A stretch of 64,000 bases of DNA from Chlamydiia bacterium (GCA_963804085.1 CAWDOQ010000002.1:301056-365055); one strand, 5' to 3'. Positions 1 to 11,125 are shown, numbered from the stretch's first letter. Made by a program: numbers and translations. Notes: generated by a model not told the origin, from the letters alone.

Positions 1-100
1 ATATCAATTTTATAAAATTAACTCAATGATTTATTGTTTAAATTCATAGCTATATATTTAAATTAATAATTTATAAAAGAATTGAGTGTTTCTTATTAAA

Positions 101-388
101 AGGCTAGGGAACTCGAGTCCCGCACGCGACACAAACTTTTGAGTCGCTTCCGAGCAAAAAAAATACCTGGCTGATGCCAGGTTGGAGCGGGATTTCCCTC
201 ACGGCCGCTAGCGGCCTCCGGGATGGCAGTCCGGCAGCATGCAGGCTGCCGCACTCGAATCCCACACGCGACACAAACTATCCTCAAGCGGGATTTCCCT
301 CGCGGCGCATTCGCGCCTCCGGGACGGCGGTTCCCCAGCACAAGGCTGGGGAACTCGAATCCCACGCGCAAGCCACACTGTGGCTTGC
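101..388 (-). repeat. Structured ~101-bp tandem repeat in the tRNA-Leu 3' trailer (units start at 186 and 287; partial third copy at 101-137)
   Basis: AGCGGGATTTCCCTC recurs at 186 and 287. ACTCGA(A/G)TCCC(A/G)C occurs three times and resembles the tRNA T-arm. Internal hairpins are kept in both units with different sequences. Confidence 0.8.
156..182 (-). terminator. Intrinsic terminator downstream of tRNA-Leu
   Basis: Minus strand reads ACCTGGC-ATCA-GCCAGGT followed by A and T8. Confidence 0.7.
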
Positions 389-413
389 TTCCAGCGCAAA
401 TTTTTTCAAAATT

Positions 414-496
414 TGCTCGGAGCGGGACTCGAACCCGCACGGGATTGCTCCCAAGAGATTTTAAGTCTCTAGTGTCTACCGTTCCACCATCCAAGC
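414..496 (-). tRNA. tRNA-Leu (anticodon TAA)
   Basis: Reverse complement GCTTGGATGGTGGAACGGTAGACACTAGAGACTTAAAATCTCTTGGGAGCAATCCCGTGCGGGTTCGAGTCCCGCTCCGAGCA has an acceptor stem, a TAA anticodon, a long variable arm and a GTTCGA T-loop. CCA is not encoded. Confidence 0.96.
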
Positions 497-512
497 AAAA
501 AGATGTATAAAT

Positions 513-546
513 GCTCTCGCTACTGCGTTTAAGCAATAGCGAGAGT
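513..546. other. Stem-loop between grgA and tRNA-Leu (possible terminator or processing site)
   Basis: CTCTCGCTA...TAGCGAGAG inverted repeat. Confidence 0.45.
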
Positions 547-569
547 GTATGTTGTGTAAGGGATAAAAT

Positions 570-1421
570 TCAAGAAAAGCTGCTTCCAAAAGGAGGCGGC
601 ATTTGGCCGAGGAATGACAGGCTACCTTCATAGGAATGGGTAGTCGTGGTCATGCGGCTCAGGTGGCTGCCACCAGATCCGGAAGATCCATCTTCGTCAT
701 CATCATCTTCTTTGCGGCTCATCTCTTCTTCTTCTTCATCTTCATCTTCGATTAGCGGCTTGGGAAGAATATCTCTTTCAGAAAGTGCTGTATCTTTGTC
801 TTTATACCTGCCGATCGTCTCTGAGATAAGAGTGGTGGGTGGAGGGATAAGTGTACTGAATATAGATGATGAAACTTGCGCTTCATCACTCTTACCACCT
901 CCTTGTTCTGTTGTCTCAGCTTCTGCTTGTTGTTCTTCTCCCTGAGCTCTGGGTCTCTCTTGCCATCTCTGGCCTTCTGGCGGCTGACGCTCATCGGAGG
1001 ATCTGCCCCCACGGCGGCGGCGGTGTCTACGGTCGCGTCTTCTTTCAGGGCGTCCTTCTGATGGAGCTCCTGGCTCGCCCTCTTGGCCCGCTTCTTCAAC
1101 AGCTTCTTCTTTCTCTTCGCGCTGTGCTCTAACGGGTGCTTCTCTTCCTCCTCCAATCTTAATGGAGCGCTCTACTTGGGCGTTTTTCAAGGCGACGCGT
1201 GTCTCCTTGACTTCTACGATCTCGTAGTCGCTCACTGGCACTAAAAAGGATTTGGGTCTTTCTGTAGAGCGGAAGAAAAAGGAGTGGCCAAATGAGACCA
1301 CTTCTATTGAGTCTACTAAGTACTCTTCTTGGCTCTCCCCTTTGCTACTGCGTACGGAAAGTTTAAAACCCTCCTTGGGGGTAATGATCGTTTCTATGAT
1401 AGGTTCTCTTGTAAAATTCAC
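570..1421 (-). CDS. grgA: Chlamydial general transcription regulator GrgA (CT504 family)
   Basis: N-terminus MNFTREPIIETIITPKEGFKLSVRSSK, basic central region and LIPPPTTLIS motif; next to gapA as in Chlamydia. Confidence 0.85.
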   Translation of the reverse strand: MNFTREPIIETIITPKEGFKLSVRSSKGESQEEYLVDSIEVVSFGHSFFFRSTERPKSFLVPVSDYEIVEVKETRVALKNAQVERSIKIGGGREAPVRAQREEKEEAVEEAGQEGEPGAPSEGRPERRRDRRHRRRRGGRSSDERQPPEGQRWQERPRAQGEEQQAEAETTEQGGGKSDEAQVSSSIFSTLIPPPTTLISETIGRYKDKDTALSERDILPKPLIEDEDEEEEEMSRKEDDDDEDGSSGSGGSHLSRMTTTTHSYEGSLSFLGQMPPPFGSSFS

Positions 1422-1448
1422 TGAATTTGTCCATGGTTTAGGAGTTTT

Positions 1449-2465
1449 TTATTTTTTTTCTTTTGACGCCATATATTCTAAAAGATCGGCTACACGATGT
1501 GCATATCCCATTTCGTTATCGTACCAAGCGATCAGCTTATAGAATCGGCTGTTCAAGGCTATCCCAGCACCCTTATCAAAAATGCAGGATGCGGTGTCGC
1601 CTATAAAATCGGAAGAGACTACCTCTTCGTCACAATATTCGAGGATACCCTTCATGGGGCCGTCGGCTGCTTGTTTCATAGCCTCACAGATGGCCTCATA
1701 CGAGGTGTCCTTACTTAATCTCACTGTTAAATCGACGACAGAAACGTCTGTCGTTGGAATGCGAAATGCCATTCCGGTTAATTTGCCCTTAACCTCCGGC
1801 AAGCACAAGGCAACTGCCTTTGCCGCTCCGGTAGAGGAAGGGATGATATTCACACTAGCTGCTCTTCCACCTCGCCAGTCTTTTTTCGATGGTCCATCTA
1901 CACTGGGCTGCGAGGCAGTAAGAGAATGAATTGTGCTCATAAGCCCCTCTTCAATACCAAAGTTGTCTAACAAGACTTTGGTAAGAGGAGCTAAGCAATT
2001 GGTGGTGCAAGAAGCATTGGAAAGAACAAAGTCTTTCTTGGGATCATACTTCTGATGGTTAACTCCCATCACATAGGTCGGCACCTCTCCTTTGGCAGGA
2101 GCGGTGATCATGACTCTTTTTGCTCCTGCTTCAATGTGCTTGTGGGCATCATGAGCAGTTGTAAAAAGGCCGGTAGATTCTACAACGTATTCAATTCCGA
2201 GTTCCTTCCAAGGTAGTTTGGCAGGATCTTTTTCGGAAAAAACACGTGTTTTCTTGCCGCCTGCGATAAGCATATCGCCTTCGGCTTTTACTGAAAATTT
2301 GGGTTTGCGATGAATAGAGTCGTGCTTTAACAGATAGGCTAAGTTATCTGCAGGAACGACGTCGTTAACTGCAACTATATCTAGATCGGGATACTTCTCT
2401 CGGATAATCCTAAAAACTAGGCGGCCAATACGGCCAAATCCATTAATCGCAACCTTGATGGGCAT
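1449..2465 (-). CDS. gapA: Glyceraldehyde-3-phosphate dehydrogenase
   Basis: [21 protein letters not shown] and WYDNE motifs. Confidence 0.98.
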   Translation of the reverse strand: MPIKVAINGFGRIGRLVFRIIREKYPDLDIVAVNDVVPADNLAYLLKHDSIHRKPKFSVKAEGDMLIAGGKKTRVFSEKDPAKLPWKELGIEYVVESTGLFTTAHDAHKHIEAGAKRVMITAPAKGEVPTYVMGVNHQKYDPKKDFVLSNASCTTNCLAPLTKVLLDNFGIEEGLMSTIHSLTASQPSVDGPSKKDWRGGRAASVNIIPSSTGAAKAVALCLPEVKGKLTGMAFRIPTTDVSVVDLTVRLSKDTSYEAICEAMKQAADGPMKGILEYCDEEVVSSDFIGDTASCIFDKGAGIALNSRFYKLIAWYDNEMGYAHRVADLLEYMASKEKK

Positions 2466-2556
2466 AAGCGTTAAGCTCTCCTCAAGTAAAGCCTCATCAT
2501 AAAGGAAAAAGTGGGTAAAGTAAAGAGGGAATAAAAGGTTCTACTCTTCTTATATT

Positions 2557-2633
2557 CGTGCCTGTGCCCGTGCCTCTGCCTGTGCCCGATCCGGATTAAT
2601 TCGGGCAAGGGCACGGGCAGGGGCACGGGCACG
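2557..2633. repeat. Palindromic element of hexamer units, (NNTGCC)5...(GGCANN)5
   Basis: CGTGCC TGTGCC CGTGCC TCTGCC TGTGCC CGA ... TCG GGCAAG GGCACG GGCAGG GGCACG GGCACG; ~33-bp imperfect inverted arms. Confidence 0.85.
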
Positions 2634-2636
2634 TTT

Positions 2637-3065
2637 TTATTGAGGCAAATACTCAATGAAACAGGAAGGGGCATTATCCCCGACGCGGTTCTCTTTTTTG
2701 ATGATACGGGTATATCCGCCGTTTCTTGTAGCAAAGCGAGCAGACAGATCGCCAAAAAGTTTACCAAGCACCTTACGGTCAGTATTATAGGAAGAAAGAT
2801 CGCCCTTCTTCACGGCTTTCGCCTCTTTTGGCGTCAGCTTATTGTAGGTAAGCATAAGCTCTGCGCTAGCTTGTCTTTTGCTAGCCAGTGTGTTCTTCTT
2901 TGCCAGCGTGATCATGTGATCTGCATGGCGTCTTAACTCTTTTGCTTTTCTCTCTGTCGTCTCAATTCTCTCATGCTCAATCAAAGATTTGAGCATGTTA
3001 GCGATCATACAACGACGATGGGAAGCGGTTCTTCCAATTTTAAATGTGTCTTTTCCGTGTCTCAT
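2637..3065 (-). CDS. rplQ: 50S ribosomal protein L17
   Basis: MRHGK...GRTASHR and RNGGYTRI motifs. Confidence 0.97.
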   Translation of the reverse strand: MRHGKDTFKIGRTASHRRCMIANMLKSLIEHERIETTERKAKELRRHADHMITLAKKNTLASKRQASAELMLTYNKLTPKEAKAVKKGDLSSYNTDRKVLGKLFGDLSARFATRNGGYTRIIKKENRVGDNAPSCFIEYLPQ

Positions 3066-4162
3066 GTTGTTTCGGCACCCTGTTTTGCACTGATGTATTC
3101 TGCCATCACCTCTTTGACATTGTCACGGGTGATACCCAATTTACTGAGGTCCATGCCAAGAGCTAAGCCCATCTCTTCGAGCTTCGCTTTGATCTCGTTC
3201 AAAGACTTTTTGCCGAAATTTCTAAATTTGAGCATTTCGGACTCAGGCATAACGACGAGCTCTGCAATCGTGTCGATATTAGCACCAGCTAAGCAGTTGG
3301 TTGAACGGACAGAAAGTTCGATTTCGTTAATTTTAAGAGCGAGTTTAGCAAGGATAGTATCGCGGTCTGTATCGAGCGTCTCTTCTGTTTGCTCAAATGT
3401 GATAGGCTGGAACTTGAGCTGCTCGAAGACTTGGAAGTGGAGAACGCCAATCTGCACCGCAAAAGAGAGAGCCTCTTCAGGTGTGATGCGTCCATCTGTT
3501 GTGACTTCCAAAATAAGACGGTCGTAGTCGGTATCTTGACCAACGCGTGTGTTCTCGACAAAGTAGTTGACGAGGCGAACGGGAGAAAATGCAGCATCAA
3601 TGAGAATCTCATCGACAGATTTATCGGTCATCTCTTGTCTTTCAGAAGAGAGGAAGCCGCGGCCCATTGCCACTTTGAGGATGACTTTGCGTGTCATCGG
3701 CTTTGTTACGTTAAAGATGACATGCTCAGGATTGACGATGTCATAATCAGTTTTACCGAAAAGATCTTTGAGTGTTACGGCATATTGCCCGCCGTTTTTA
3801 TCAAGCATATCACCGTTGATGTCCAAAAGTGTGGAGATCTGTTTGGTGTCGCGTGCACGTGGCTCTTCATCGGTTGGGAGCTTGCGTAGAAGCGCTGTTT
3901 TTAAATTCAGAATGATTTGGGTCATATCTTCGATAATGCCCTCGATCGCCATGTACTCGTGAGAGACGCCTTCGATTTTCACGGAGACGATCGCAGGAGA
4001 CTCCATAGAGTTCAACATGACGCGTCGTAATGCATTACCGACCGTGTGGCCATAGCCTCTTTCAAAAGGTTCGGCTATAAAGCGATTAAAATTTGGTTTT
4101 TTATCGCTCTCTTCGACTTTAATTTTACTCGGCAATTCAAATTTGCCATATTTCACTACCAT
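3062..4162 (-). CDS. rpoA: RNA polymerase alpha subunit
   Basis: [27 protein letters not shown] and [11 protein letters not shown] motifs. Confidence 0.98.
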   Translation of the reverse strand: MVVKYGKFELPSKIKVEESDKKPNFNRFIAEPFERGYGHTVGNALRRVMLNSMESPAIVSVKIEGVSHEYMAIEGIIEDMTQIILNLKTALLRKLPTDEEPRARDTKQISTLLDINGDMLDKNGGQYAVTLKDLFGKTDYDIVNPEHVIFNVTKPMTRKVILKVAMGRGFLSSERQEMTDKSVDEILIDAAFSPVRLVNYFVENTRVGQDTDYDRLILEVTTDGRITPEEALSFAVQIGVLHFQVFEQLKFQPITFEQTEETLDTDRDTILAKLALKINEIELSVRSTNCLAGANIDTIAELVVMPESEMLKFRNFGKKSLNEIKAKLEEMGLALGMDLSKLGITRDNVKEVMAEYISAKQGAETT

Positions 4163-4183
4163 GACTGCTCTCCTATGAATTTG

Positions 4184-4606
4184 TTATACACGGCGCCTTT
4201 TTCGAGCACGGCAGCCGTTGTGTGGCACGGGTGTTTCATCGCGTATGATAGTGATCATCAAGCCAGAGCTCTGCAGACCGCGTACTGCGGACTCGCGTCC
4301 TGCTCCAGGCCCTTTTAGATTCACTTCTACTTCTTTCATCCCCGCCGCGTTCATCGCGGTTTTTGCAGCGTCTTGTGCTGCAACTGTCGCTGCAAAAGCA
4401 GACGATTTGCGCGAGCCGGAAAAGTTGACTTTACCTGCAGATGCCCAAGAGATGACATTTCCTGACAGGTCTGTGATCGAGACGATCGTGTTGTTAAACG
4501 TGGACTTCACATGGACGATTCCCGCAGGAACAACACGCGCCACTTTTTTTCTAACTTTTGTGACAGGCTTTTTTACAATATTCTTTTCTGGTTCTTGCTT
4601 TGCCAA
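4184..4606 (-). CDS. rpsK: 30S ribosomal protein S11
   Basis: STFNNTIV and TPVPHNGCR motifs; TTG start. Confidence 0.97.
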   Translation of the reverse strand: MAKQEPEKNIVKKPVTKVRKKVARVVPAGIVHVKSTFNNTIVSITDLSGNVISWASAGKVNFSGSRKSSAFAATVAAQDAAKTAMNAAGMKEVEVNLKGPGAGRESAVRGLQSSGLMITIIRDETPVPHNGCRARKRRRV

Positions 4607-4634
4607 GGTTCTTCTCCTTACCTGTTCCTAATGA

Positions 4635-5003
4635 TTATTTTTTCTTGCCAGCAACTGTTTTTCTCTTACCTTTGCGCGTTCTTGAATTCGAACGTGTTCT
4701 CTGCCCTCTCACTGGGAGGCCGAGACGGTGGCGCATACCTCTATAGGCATGGATGCTGATCAATCGTTTGATGTTATTTTGAATTTGACGGCGCAAATCT
4801 CCCTCAACAACATATTGAGACTGGAGGAGGGCATTGAGTTTTGCGATATCATCTTCAGTTAAATCGTGGGCTTTCATATTGGGATTGAGTCCCAATTTAG
4901 CAATGACTTCGTTTGAAACGCGTCTGCCGACTCCATAAATGTAGGTCAGGCTGATCTCTAAGCGCTTTTTCTCGGGGATGTCTATTCCAATCACTCTAGG
5001 CAT
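4635..5003 (-). CDS. rpsM: 30S ribosomal protein S13
   Basis: LTYIYGVG and [18 protein letters not shown] motifs. Confidence 0.97.
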   Translation of the reverse strand: MPRVIGIDIPEKKRLEISLTYIYGVGRRVSNEVIAKLGLNPNMKAHDLTEDDIAKLNALLQSQYVVEGDLRRQIQNNIKRLISIHAYRGMRHRLGLPVRGQRTRSNSRTRKGKRKTVAGKKK

Positions 5004-5108
5004 GTGTAGGCTTTCCTTCTTCGCTGTTTAAAAGGGTGCTAGAAAATTTATCAGATGCTTCGTTAAACCACAAGGGCTTATCTGTTGCACTTGAGTTAAA
5101 TTAATTTC

Positions 5109-6473
5109 TTACCGTACTTTCGCCCTCTTCATGAACCCTTCGTAACGCTTCATGAGGAGGTGGGACTCGATCTGCTTAGTTGTATCGAGCACGACACCAA
5201 CTAAAATCAGAAGGGAGGTCCCTCCAAAAAAATAACTAATATTAGCATCTACGCCGATGAGCTTGCCGACCAACGTCGGTAAAATAGCGATAAAAGCGAG
5301 AAAAACTGCTCCGGCTAGCGTGATGCGATTCATCGTCTCTTCTAAATAATCTTGTGTGGGTTTGCCCTGTCTGATCCCGGGAATGAACGCGCCATTCTTT
5401 TTCATGTCGGAGGCGATCTGTTCGGGATGGAATTGGGTGGCTGTCCAAAAATAGGTGAAAAAAAGGATGAGTAGAACATAAGCCGCTGTATAGGCCCAAT
5501 TGCCAGGCGAAAGCAGGCTTGCAAATTGTCCCAGCCAGTTGCCGGTACCCAAAAATTGAGCAAGGGTTGCAGGAAACATCAGAAGCGAGGAGGCAAAGAT
5601 TACAGGTATTACGCCGGCATAGTTGATTTTCAAGGGAATATAGGCATTGGCCCGTGTATTTTCCTCTTGCCCAATGCTACGGCGCGCATATTGGAGCGGA
5701 ATCTTTCTCTGTCCCTGGATGATGAGAATGGTGCCTACGATGATCAAGACAAAGACACCGCTCAGTACGACAAGGGAGGAAAAAGAGAGCTGCCCAGGCT
5801 CCTGAGAGTCTAAGTTGAGTTGTTTGATGATCGAACCAAGTGTTGTTGGAAGTGAGGAGAGAATGCCTAGTGTGATGATAAGGCTAATGCCATTTCCTAC
5901 TCCCTTCTCGCTTATCTGCTCTCCTACCCACATCAAAAAGATAGTGCCGGCTGTCATGGTGCACATAACGAGGAGAAAAAAGAGCCAGGGTATTCCAAAT
6001 GCTTGTACGTCGATGAGTTCGCTGACGATGATTCCAGGATTGCCTGCGTTCAGCTGTACAGCATATTTGGCAAAGAGTCCTGATTGAAAAAAGGCTAAAA
6101 TGACTGTGAGGAAGCGAATCCATTTGCTGAGTTTTCTTCGGCCTACATCGCTATTTTCTTTCATCTCGCGCTGTAAAGATGGCACGAGCGCAACCATAAG
6201 CTGCATGATGATAGAGGCTGAGATGTAAGGCATGACGCCCAAGGCAATTACGGTCATCTGGGCAAAGGCTCCGCCCGAAAAGACGTCCATAAGCTGGAAT
6301 AGGTTTTGTCCACCGCCAGTTGCATGACGGAAGAGGTCTACTGCTGCTTGACCATTGATACCAGGAACCGGGATGTGCGCACCAATACGGCAGACGACCA
6401 ACATCAGGAGCGTAAAGACAATTTTTGCCTTGAGCTCAGAAATGGATAAAATGCGCCTGAGTCCTTCGATCAT
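5109..6473 (-). CDS. secY: Preprotein translocase SecY
   Basis: [33 protein letters not shown] and GGTSLLI motifs. Confidence 0.98.
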   Translation of the reverse strand: MIEGLRRILSISELKAKIVFTLLMLVVCRIGAHIPVPGINGQAAVDLFRHATGGGQNLFQLMDVFSGGAFAQMTVIALGVMPYISASIIMQLMVALVPSLQREMKENSDVGRRKLSKWIRFLTVILAFFQSGLFAKYAVQLNAGNPGIIVSELIDVQAFGIPWLFFLLVMCTMTAGTIFLMWVGEQISEKGVGNGISLIITLGILSSLPTTLGSIIKQLNLDSQEPGQLSFSSLVVLSGVFVLIIVGTILIIQGQRKIPLQYARRSIGQEENTRANAYIPLKINYAGVIPVIFASSLLMFPATLAQFLGTGNWLGQFASLLSPGNWAYTAAYVLLILFFTYFWTATQFHPEQIASDMKKNGAFIPGIRQGKPTQDYLEETMNRITLAGAVFLAFIAILPTLVGKLIGVDANISYFFGGTSLLILVGVVLDTTKQIESHLLMKRYEGFMKRAKVR

Positions 6474-6496
6474 CGTTTGCCTTTAAATTTTTCTTG

Positions 6497-6631
6497 TTTG
6501 GAGTGCGGTGACTTGTCACCGCTTTTCTTTCCTAGCCTGATACAGCATCGAGCAGGGGCAGGGGGCTACTGCTCTGCAAACAAATGTGCCTATGGGCACA
6601 TTTGTTTGTCTCCGCAGCACCGCACTCCAAA
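6497..6631. repeat. REP/MITE-like palindromic element (TTTGGAGTGCGG family)
   Basis: 14-bp perfect terminal inverted repeat TTTGGAGTGCGGTG/CACCGCACTCCAAA. Internal hairpins GCGGTGAC-TT-GTCACCGC and CAAACAAATGTGCC...GGCACATTTGTTTG. Same family as 23415-23527. Confidence 0.85.
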
Positions 6632-6632
6632 T

Positions 6633-7094
6633 TTAAGCTTCTGTACTTACTTTATAGGAGATGGATTTCTTATCGAGTTTTTCTACAGCTGCTTTGGAAA
6701 ATGCGGCTGCTTCGATAGAAACTTTCTTCTGGATCTCTCCATTTGCGAGCACTTTAATTCCGCCGACTGCTCTTCTTGGAGCAAGTCCTTTTTCTCGTAA
6801 AGAGGCGTAGCTTACCAGCTCTCCATCATTGAAGTGGGCGTTGATAAGATCGAAATCGATTGGGAAAAACTCTTTGCGAAAGCGTGCATTTGGAAAACCT
6901 CTCACAGGAAGTTTTTTATAGAGTGGCGTTCCGCCGCCTTCTCTTCCGTAATTTCTCTCGTAACCGCGGCGTGCTTTATCACCCTTGTTGCCGCGTCCGC
7001 ACGTCTTACCTCTTTTGCATCCAACGCCTCTTCCGACGCGTTGCACCTTTTTTTTAGGGCGGTGGCTGTTCCTAAGTGTTGCGAGCGTAATCAT
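6633..7094 (-). CDS. rplO: 50S ribosomal protein L15
   Basis: RVGRGVGCKRGKTCGRGNKG motif; start taken at MITLATL. Confidence 0.96.
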   Translation of the reverse strand: MITLATLRNSHRPKKKVQRVGRGVGCKRGKTCGRGNKGDKARRGYERNYGREGGGTPLYKKLPVRGFPNARFRKEFFPIDFDLINAHFNDGELVSYASLREKGLAPRRAVGGIKVLANGEIQKKVSIEAAAFSKAAVEKLDKKSISYKVSTEA

Positions 7095-7594
7095 ACTGTA
7101 AGACCTCTTTCGGCTAAGCACTTTTTGCGGTTTCTCAAACTGGAGAGAGCCTTCAATGTGGCGCGTACTTGGTTTAATGGATTGTTAGAGCCAAAACTTT
7201 TGGCCACAACATCCTTAACGCCGCCCAGCTCTAAAACGGAGCGCACTTTCGACCCTGCGATAACACCTGTTCCTTCGCGAGCAGGCTTCAAGAGAACGCG
7301 TGCACCATCCCATTCGACGGTGATCTCGTGAGGAATGCTTGTGCCTTCCATCTCAAAGGTTAAAACGTTCTTTCGCGCAGCCTCGGTTCCTTTGCGGATT
7401 GCATCGGAAACTTCGTTTGCTTTCGCAAAGCCAAATCCGATGTGGCCTTGTCCATCCCCGATTATAATGAGGGCAGAAAAGCTAAACTTTCTTCCGCCTT
7501 TAACAACTTTGGAGCAGCGGTTGATGTAGAGTACCTTCTCTTCAAATTCCGTTCCAAAATCTTCGGCGCGCTGATGGTAGTTCATAGGGCTCAT
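7091..7594 (-). CDS. rpsE: 30S ribosomal protein S5
   Basis: KVVKGGRKFSFSAL and GTGVIAG motifs. Confidence 0.97.
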   Translation of the reverse strand: MSPMNYHQRAEDFGTEFEEKVLYINRCSKVVKGGRKFSFSALIIIGDGQGHIGFGFAKANEVSDAIRKGTEAARKNVLTFEMEGTSIPHEITVEWDGARVLLKPAREGTGVIAGSKVRSVLELGGVKDVVAKSFGSNNPLNQVRATLKALSSLRNRKKCLAERGLTV

Positions 7595-7608
7595 CTATTC
7601 TCTTCCTC

Positions 7609-7983
7609 TTAAAATTGCATTCCACCTTCACGGGCTGCATTCGCAAGTTCTGCAATAACGCCGTGAAATTTAAATCTGCCGCGATCAAAAACGACCGCTT
7701 TAATGTTCTTCTGCTTCGCAAGCTCGGCAAGTTTCTGCCCTACGCTGCGAGCTGTTTCTTTTGGCTTCACCTTGCTCTTCTTGTTCGTACGGAGCTCTTT
7801 GCTCATTGTACCGAAGCTAGCAAGTGTGATCCCATTCTCATCATCGATGATCTGCGCAAAGAGATTGCGGTTTGTCTTATGAACAGATAAGCGGGGCTTT
7901 AGAGCTGATCCGCGCACCTGTTTTCTCACACGCCACGCTCTCTTTATGCGTTTCTCATTGCGTTTAGTTAAGTAATTATCCAT
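7609..7983 (-). CDS. rplR: 50S ribosomal protein L18
   Basis: PRLSVHKTN and VVFDRGRFKFHG motifs. Confidence 0.97.
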   Translation of the reverse strand: MDNYLTKRNEKRIKRAWRVRKQVRGSALKPRLSVHKTNRNLFAQIIDDENGITLASFGTMSKELRTNKKSKVKPKETARSVGQKLAELAKQKNIKAVVFDRGRFKFHGVIAELANAAREGGMQF

Positions 7984-7994
7984 AGGTTTTTTCT

Positions 7995-8549
7995 TTAAGC
8001 TGCTGCTGTTTTACCTTTTGCTGCTTTTCCGGCTTTTTTGCGGACAAACTCATCCTCATACCGGATCCCCTTCCCTTTGTAGGGTTCTGGGGGTTTCATC
8101 GCGCGCACGGCGGCTGCAAATTGGCCTACCGCATGCTTGTCGGCTCCTGTGATCACGATCAACACGCTCTTGTCGATCGTTATCTGCACATTGCTAGGAA
8201 TGCGAATCTTTGTGGGATGGGAAAAGCCGAGTTGCAAGTCGAGCATATGTCCTTGCATCGCTGCTCTATATCCTACTCCGATTAGGGAGAGGCGCTTTTC
8301 AAATCCTTTGCTAACACCGATCACCATGTTGTTCACTGTAGCGCGATAGCGTCCGTGTGTCGGCTTGGGCATTTCGACATTTTCATCTTTTACGACTACT
8401 ACTTTGTCCCCTTCAATGTTTAAAGAGATGCCCTTTACAAGAGGATATGTAAGCGTCCCCTTGGGTCCCTTCGCATGAATCGCATCGCCCGTTACTTTTA
8501 GCTCTACCCCTTTTGGGAGAGGAATTGGTGATTTTCCAAGTCGTGACAT
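7995..8549 (-). CDS. rplF: 50S ribosomal protein L6
   Basis: MSRLGK, GVGYRA and PEPYKGKGIRY motifs. Confidence 0.97.
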   Translation of the reverse strand: MSRLGKSPIPLPKGVELKVTGDAIHAKGPKGTLTYPLVKGISLNIEGDKVVVVKDENVEMPKPTHGRYRATVNNMVIGVSKGFEKRLSLIGVGYRAAMQGHMLDLQLGFSHPTKIRIPSNVQITIDKSVLIVITGADKHAVGQFAAAVRAMKPPEPYKGKGIRYEDEFVRKKAGKAAKGKTAAA

Positions 8550-8571
8550 GTATTACCTCTTTACTAAATTA

Positions 8572-8964
8572 CTACCAGACCAAGCAGAGTAACTCTCCGC
8601 CTACCTTCAGCTCGCGTGCCTTTTGCCCATCGATAATCCCAGCAGGTGTCGAAAGGATGGCAATCCCGAGTCCGCCTAAAACTACGGGGATCTTGTTATA
8701 TCCCACATACCGTCTGAGGCCGGGAGAGGAGATTCTTTTCAGGTCTTGAATTACAGGCTCTCTTCCTTGCCCATATCTTAAATAGGCGCGGACTTTGCCC
8801 TCTTCTTCATTTACTAAAACTTTATCGAGAAATCCTTGCGCTTCCAAAACTTTGACGATACTAAGCTTTTCTCTACTAAATCTAAAATCCACAAATCGAT
8901 GCCTTGCCATTTTGGCATTGCGTATGCGTGTCAAAAGATCAGCTATCGGGTCGCTCATAGACAT
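8572..8964 (-). CDS. rpsH: 30S ribosomal protein S8
   Basis: DPIADLLTRIRNA, SSPGLRRY and GGELLC motifs. Confidence 0.97.
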   Translation of the reverse strand: MSMSDPIADLLTRIRNAKMARHRFVDFRFSREKLSIVKVLEAQGFLDKVLVNEEEGKVRAYLRYGQGREPVIQDLKRISSPGLRRYVGYNKIPVVLGGLGIAILSTPAGIIDGQKARELKVGGELLCLVW

Positions 8965-8967
8965 CTC

Positions 8968-9519
8968 TTATTTCTCCGTTTCTGGCTTTTTGAAGGGAAG
9001 GCCGAGCATTTTCAAAAGCTCCACGCATTCCTCATCGGTAGTTGCTGTTGTGACGAAGGTGATATTCATCCCCTGCGTGCGTTTAATCTCATCAAGATTG
9101 AGTTCAGGAAAGATGATCTGCTCTTCTATTCCCAAAGAGTAGTTACCGCGTCCATCCGACTTTAAAGGAAAACCTCGAAAGTCGCGGATGCGTGGAGAGA
9201 CGATATTGCAAAAACGGTCGAAAAAGTCGTACATGCGCTTGTTACGCAGTGTGACTTTAAGACCGATCGTCTGTCCCTCTCTCAATTTGAAATTGGCAAT
9301 CGCTTTCTTTGCTCGTGTTGCAATCGGCTTTTGGCCTGAGAGTAGTGTCATCTCTTTAATGCAATCTTGGATCGCATTCTTATCTTTGGTCGCTTCTCCT
9401 AGCCCCATGCTAATCACAATCTTTTTAAGCTGAGGAACCAGCATTATATTGGGGTAAGCGAATCGCTCTTGGAGCGCGCCTTTTACTTCCTCTTTGTACT
9501 TCTTGTATATTCTAGACAT
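8968..9519 (-). CDS. rplE: 50S ribosomal protein L5
   Basis: [13 protein letters not shown] and PRIRDFRG motifs. Confidence 0.97.
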   Translation of the reverse strand: MSRIYKKYKEEVKGALQERFAYPNIMLVPQLKKIVISMGLGEATKDKNAIQDCIKEMTLLSGQKPIATRAKKAIANFKLREGQTIGLKVTLRNKRMYDFFDRFCNIVSPRIRDFRGFPLKSDGRGNYSLGIEEQIIFPELNLDEIKRTQGMNITFVTTATTDEECVELLKMLGLPFKKPETEK

Positions 9520-9535
9520 CTCTTCTCACAAAAAT

Positions 9536-9868
9536 TTAAGCTTTCTTTCTTACTGAGCGATAGAGCACCTCTTTTTCACCTGCTCGGTAAAAAAGCTCTT
9601 TTTCGCCCTTCTTTGACTCTCTAACTTTTAGCTTCACTGGTTTTCCATCGTCATCGCAAACGGCGACGTTGGAGATATGCATCGGCATTTCCATTTCCAT
9701 CACTTCAGGCTTCGGTGTCTTAGTTTTGCGTTTGACATGCTTTTTACGGATGTTCAAACCTTGAATGACAACGCGATCACCTGCACGTGAGAGCACCTTA
9801 CCAACACGGCCGCGCTCATTGCCTGCAATGACAACTACTTTGTCATCTTTGCGTATCCACTTGCTCAT
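9536..9868 (-). CDS. rplX: 50S ribosomal protein L24
   Basis: KOW motif DKVVVIAG and PMHISNV. Confidence 0.96.
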   Translation of the reverse strand: MSKWIRKDDKVVVIAGNERGRVGKVLSRAGDRVVIQGLNIRKKHVKRKTKTPKPEVMEMEMPMHISNVAVCDDDGKPVKLKVRESKKGEKELFYRAGEKEVLYRSVRKKA

Positions 9869-10233
9869 AGAACCTCCGGTGCGAGTGAGGTGATTTTTAC
9901 AAAACCTTTTTCACGCACTTCACGCGCTACAGGTCCAAAAATACGGGTCCCGCGTGGATTGTCTTTATCGTCGACAATGACGCAGCTGTTATCGTAAAAG
10001 CGTAAAAAAGAACCATCCGCTCTTCGGATATAGCTCTTAGTACGGACGATAACCGCGCGGACAACCTCTCCCTTTTTGACGCTTCCTTGGGGATCCGCTT
10101 CTTTAACAGAACAGATGATGATATCGCCGACATTTGCATAGCGTCTTCTAGAACCGCGCAACACTTTAAAGCAGCGAACCTTTTTGGCTCCTGAGTTATC
10201 GGCAACGATAAGATTGGTCTCTTGTTGAATCAT
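9865..10233 (-). CDS. rplN: 50S ribosomal protein L14
   Basis: [15 protein letters not shown] and SLAPEVL motifs. Confidence 0.98.
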   Translation of the reverse strand: MIQQETNLIVADNSGAKKVRCFKVLRGSRRRYANVGDIIICSVKEADPQGSVKKGEVVRAVIVRTKSYIRRADGSFLRFYDNSCVIVDDKDNPRGTRIFGPVAREVREKGFVKITSLAPEVL

Positions 10234-10236
10234 GAC

Positions 10237-10491
10237 TTACTCCACAATGCTCAGCACACGCCAGCGCTTCAATTTTGATATTGGTCGGGTTTCCATTATT
10301 TTTACGCGCTGTCCTACTTGGATATCGTTATTTTCGACATGTGCGTAATACTTTTTGCCGCGCGTTACTACTTTATGAAAGAGAGGGTGGCGAAAAGTTC
10401 TTACCACTTTGACTGTGACTGTCTTATTCATCTTGTTAGACACCACAACTCCCTCTTCCACTTTACGCCTCATTTCAGGCTTGTTTTCCAT
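10237..10491 (-). CDS. rpsQ: 30S ribosomal protein S17
   Basis: [11 protein letters not shown] and [11 protein letters not shown] motifs. Confidence 0.97.
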   Translation of the reverse strand: MENKPEMRRKVEEGVVVSNKMNKTVTVKVVRTFRHPLFHKVVTRGKKYYAHVENNDIQVGQRVKIMETRPISKLKRWRVLSIVE

Positions 10492-10500
10492 AAATCGTCC

Positions 10501-10701
10501 TTAAATTTTTTCGCTCTTTTGTGAGAGTACTGTCAAAATACGTGCGCGATCTCTCTTCTTCTCGCGAAGCTCATGCGGCTTTTCGATCTTGCGGGTTGTT
10601 TTCAGCTCGCTATTCATCTTGTAGATGTCGCGCGCTAGCTCCTCGCACTTCTTTTGCAGCTCCTGCACGGTCTCTTCTTTTAATTCTTTTGCTTGCAGCA
10701 T
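10501..10701 (-). CDS. rpmC: 50S ribosomal protein L29
   Basis: 66 aa, ARILTVL motif, lies between rplP and rpsQ. Confidence 0.93.
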   Translation of the reverse strand: MLQAKELKEETVQELQKKCEELARDIYKMNSELKTTRKIEKPHELREKKRDRARILTVLSQKSEKI

Positions 10702-10703
10702 CT

Positions 10704-11123
10704 TTACACTCTCTCCACACGCTCTACAAAGCGTGTTTTTATCGCTATTTTAGCGGCTGCGCGTCTTAGCGCATTTTGTGCCATCTCTTTGGGTACGCCA
10801 CCCACTTCGAAAAGAATTCTTCCTGGGCGAATGACAGCTACCCAATGGTCAGGTGCGCCTTTTCCTTTACCCATGCGTGTCTCGGCAGGTTTCTTACTCA
10901 CCGACTTATCAGGGAAGATGCGGATCCAGACCTGACCTCTACGATTGAAGTAGCGGTTGATCGCAACGCGACACGCTTCAATCTGATGGTTGGTAAGGCG
11001 TCCTCTTCCTAAGGCTTTCATTCCAAAATCGCCAAATTCGACAAAATTGCCGCCTTTGCTCAATCCCGTATGTTTTCCTTTTTGCATTTTGCGGAACTTA
11101 GTCCGCACTGGCATCATGGACAT
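10704..11123 (-). CDS. rplP: 50S ribosomal protein L16
   Basis: WIRIFPDK and RMGKGKG motifs. Confidence 0.98.
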   Translation of the reverse strand: MSMMPVRTKFRKMQKGKHTGLSKGGNFVEFGDFGMKALGRGRLTNHQIEACRVAINRYFNRRGQVWIRIFPDKSVSKKPAETRMGKGKGAPDHWVAVIRPGRILFEVGGVPKEMAQNALRRAAAKIAIKTRFVERVERV

Positions 11124-11125
11124 AA

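Noticed and set aside
96-536. 146-aa and overlapping ORFs at the window start
   Set aside because: They overlap the tRNA and its trailer repeats and are likely spurious.
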